DNA of 64,000 nucleotides, taken from assembly GCA_040954595.2 (NCBI GenBank), contig CM082597.2:6411849-6475848 (forward strand), written 5' to 3'. The notes under the pieces are model-generated. The model did no database searches. It saw nothing but the letters and a program-made list of their open reading frames with translations, and was not told where the DNA came from. Every line of letters starts with the position of its first letter. The stretch's first letter is position 1. This DNA is from Balanoglossus misakiensis. Its lineage: Eukaryota > Animalia > Hemichordata. Shown here one piece after another: positions 63,501 through 64,000 of the stretch. A program made the position numbers and the translations under genes.

Positions 63501-63639
63501 GATAAAATATCTTTGATTTCAGATGTCAATGAATGTATAGAGAGAGCAGATCTTTGTGAAGGCCAGTGTGTGAATACAGCAGGCTCTTTTTATTGCACTT
63601 GTGCTGTGGGATATCGATTGGTCAATGGAGAGTGTACAG
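48357..63639 (+). CDS. VWCE: VWCE-like secreted EGF/calcium-binding-EGF protein, 3'-partial; join(48357..48520,54371..54459,55623..55850,56541..57446,58553..58750,60018..60104,60917..61033,61741..61866,62750..62872,63523..63639,...)
   Basis: Signal [61 protein letters not shown] resembles the recalled vertebrate VWCE N-terminus. One further EGF and five D(I/V/D)(D/N)EC calcium-binding EGF exons, all phase 1 and GT-AG. No VWC domain lies inside the window, so the symbol is tentative. Confidence 0.8.
48878..49190. repeat. Interspersed repeat with GAGTGTGAGAA/TTCTCACAC motifs, second copy at ~60275-60603
   Basis: Shared AATTAGCCAAATTCG...CCAATCAGCGCTC..CATATACAGCTTTCGATTCAGTGAGA...TTCTCACACTCTGTTCTC. 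Confidence 0.75.
49707..50047. mobile_element. TTAA MITE family A copy
   Basis: Family A inverted repeats with TTAA flanks. Confidence 0.85.
50486..50691. mobile_element. TA-flanked MITE, same family as 20934-21137
   Basis: TA|CTGTAAAACGGGTTATTTTC...GAAAATAACCTGTTTTACAG|TA. Confidence 0.8.
53254..53500. mobile_element. TTAA MITE (Kolobok-like)
   Basis: TTAA|AGTGAAAGGGTCGTCGC...GCGACGACCCCTTCCCT|TTAA. Confidence 0.7.
54371..54459 (+). CDS. VWCE-like exon 2 (GPHVC...CCxGW module)
   Basis: ttccag| and |gtaagt; phase 2 to 1. Confidence 0.9.
54608..55217. mobile_element. 610-bp palindromic TTAA MITE family B (AGGGGAAATCC...GGATTTCCCCT)
   Basis: ~230-bp inverted repeats with TTAA flanks; partial copy at ~38474-38888. 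Confidence 0.88.
55623..55850 (+). CDS. VWCE-like exon 3 (EGF-like plus S/Q/P linker)
   Basis: [30 protein letters not shown]...; cccag| and |gtgcgt. Confidence 0.88.
55871..56156. mobile_element. TTAA MITE family A copy
   Basis: Family A inverted repeats with TTAA flanks. Confidence 0.85.
56541..57446 (+). CDS. VWCE-like exon 4 (Q/P/S-rich repeats, acidic patch, EGF)
   Basis: Lies inside ORF 56468-57481; tttcag| and |gtgagt; ends [11 protein letters not shown]...[17 protein letters not shown]. Confidence 0.92.
56849..57058 (+). repeat. Coding 42-bp minisatellite, 5 copies of [14 protein letters not shown]-like units
   Basis: Seen directly in DNA and translation. Confidence 0.92.
57509..57820. 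mobile_element. piggyBac-like MITE (TTAA|CCCTAATGC...GCATTAGGG|TTAA)
   Basis: TTAA flanks with CCC/GGG ends; inverted copy at ~27517-27820. Confidence 0.85.
58553..58750 (+). CDS. VWCE-like exon 5 (calcium-binding EGF plus linker)
   Basis: [42 protein letters not shown]...; the donor at 58750 was chosen to keep phase 1. Confidence 0.88.
60018..60104 (+). CDS. VWCE-like exon 6 (short two-cysteine linker)
   Basis: tttgacag|GA ATC...TGT TCA G|gtaagc; 87 nt, phase 1-1, open frame. Confidence 0.7.
60917..61033 (+). CDS. VWCE-like exon 7 (calcium-binding EGF)
   Basis: [39 protein letters not shown]. Confidence 0.93.
61741..61866 (+). CDS. VWCE-like exon 8 (calcium-binding EGF)
   Basis: [42 protein letters not shown]. 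Confidence 0.93.
62068..62403 (-). pseudogene. Three degenerate tRNA-Leu 3'-half copies (62068-62119 AAG-type, ~62255-62281, 62351-62403 TAG-type)
   Basis: TGGCAGCGGTTGGATTCAAACCAACACCATCAAAATGACTGGTGCCTAAAACC is the reverse complement of a tRNA-Leu anticodon arm, variable arm, T arm and acceptor 3' strand. The D arm and 5' half are missing and the B-box is mutated. Confidence 0.65.
62750..62872 (+). CDS. VWCE-like exon 9 (calcium-binding EGF)
   Basis: [41 protein letters not shown]. Confidence 0.93.
62908..63257. mobile_element. TTAA MITE family A copy
   Basis: Family A inverted repeats with TTAA flanks. Confidence 0.85.
63523..63639 (+). CDS. VWCE-like exon 10 (calcium-binding EGF)
   Basis: [39 protein letters not shown]|gtaaga. 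Confidence 0.93.
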
Positions 63640-64000
63640 GTAAGACCAACACCATATGTGGACATTGAAAGGTCCTGTACGTTTAAATTTTTATTTAGTC
63701 ATCAACCATCATTTCTTGTTCAGCTTGGTGAAGCTGGGTAAGCAATGTTGTTATTGTTTAATTTTTTTTTATTAACATGCAATCTAATTGGCCTGGCTGT
63801 AATAGGATGTTGAACAGGAGCTACTATGGGAGTTGGTCAGATGATGTAGTGTGTGGCGACAGCATAAGAATACCATAACGCGCAAGTGAAAGCATACATC
63901 TGATTTTAATCAGATTGTTATTGTATCAACACATTAAACATGTCTGTTCTCTCTAACACTGCTGTCAGACCGTGGCCCATGAAATCTCCCTGCTAAGTGT

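Overview
AT-rich, intron-containing animal genomic DNA, most likely an invertebrate deuterostome (inferred from gene and repeat content). No prokaryotic features and no CRISPR array. Three spliced protein-coding genes were reconstructed by hand with GT-AG junctions and consistent phases. (1) Minus strand, 13213-16300: a 204-aa secreted protein with two WxxW domains and a 17-nt micro-exon. (2) Plus strand, 21948-39920: a 562-aa PR/SET-domain, six-C2H2-zinc-finger (PRDM-like) factor in 9 coding exons. (3) Plus strand, 48357 to beyond the window end: a VWCE-like secreted EGF protein with a large Q/P/S-rich insert containing 14-aa repeats. The first ~12 kb is mostly decayed transposon sequence: a ~3.03-kb tandem array, a KDZ/Zisupton-like transposase relic and DUF6589-like relics. 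Introns and intergenic DNA are full of palindromic MITEs (TTAA, TA and 9-bp target-site classes), a Helentron-type element, LINE ends and decayed tRNA-Leu copies. The most notable signals are unusual splice-site structures (a 24-bp hairpin over an acceptor, an AG|GTAAGA recursive-type site after a 12-kb intron, a duplicated donor) and a set of YR-ended MITEs with 9-bp target duplications near a candidate AcademH-type transposase relic. All family assignments come from recalled motifs; no searches were run.
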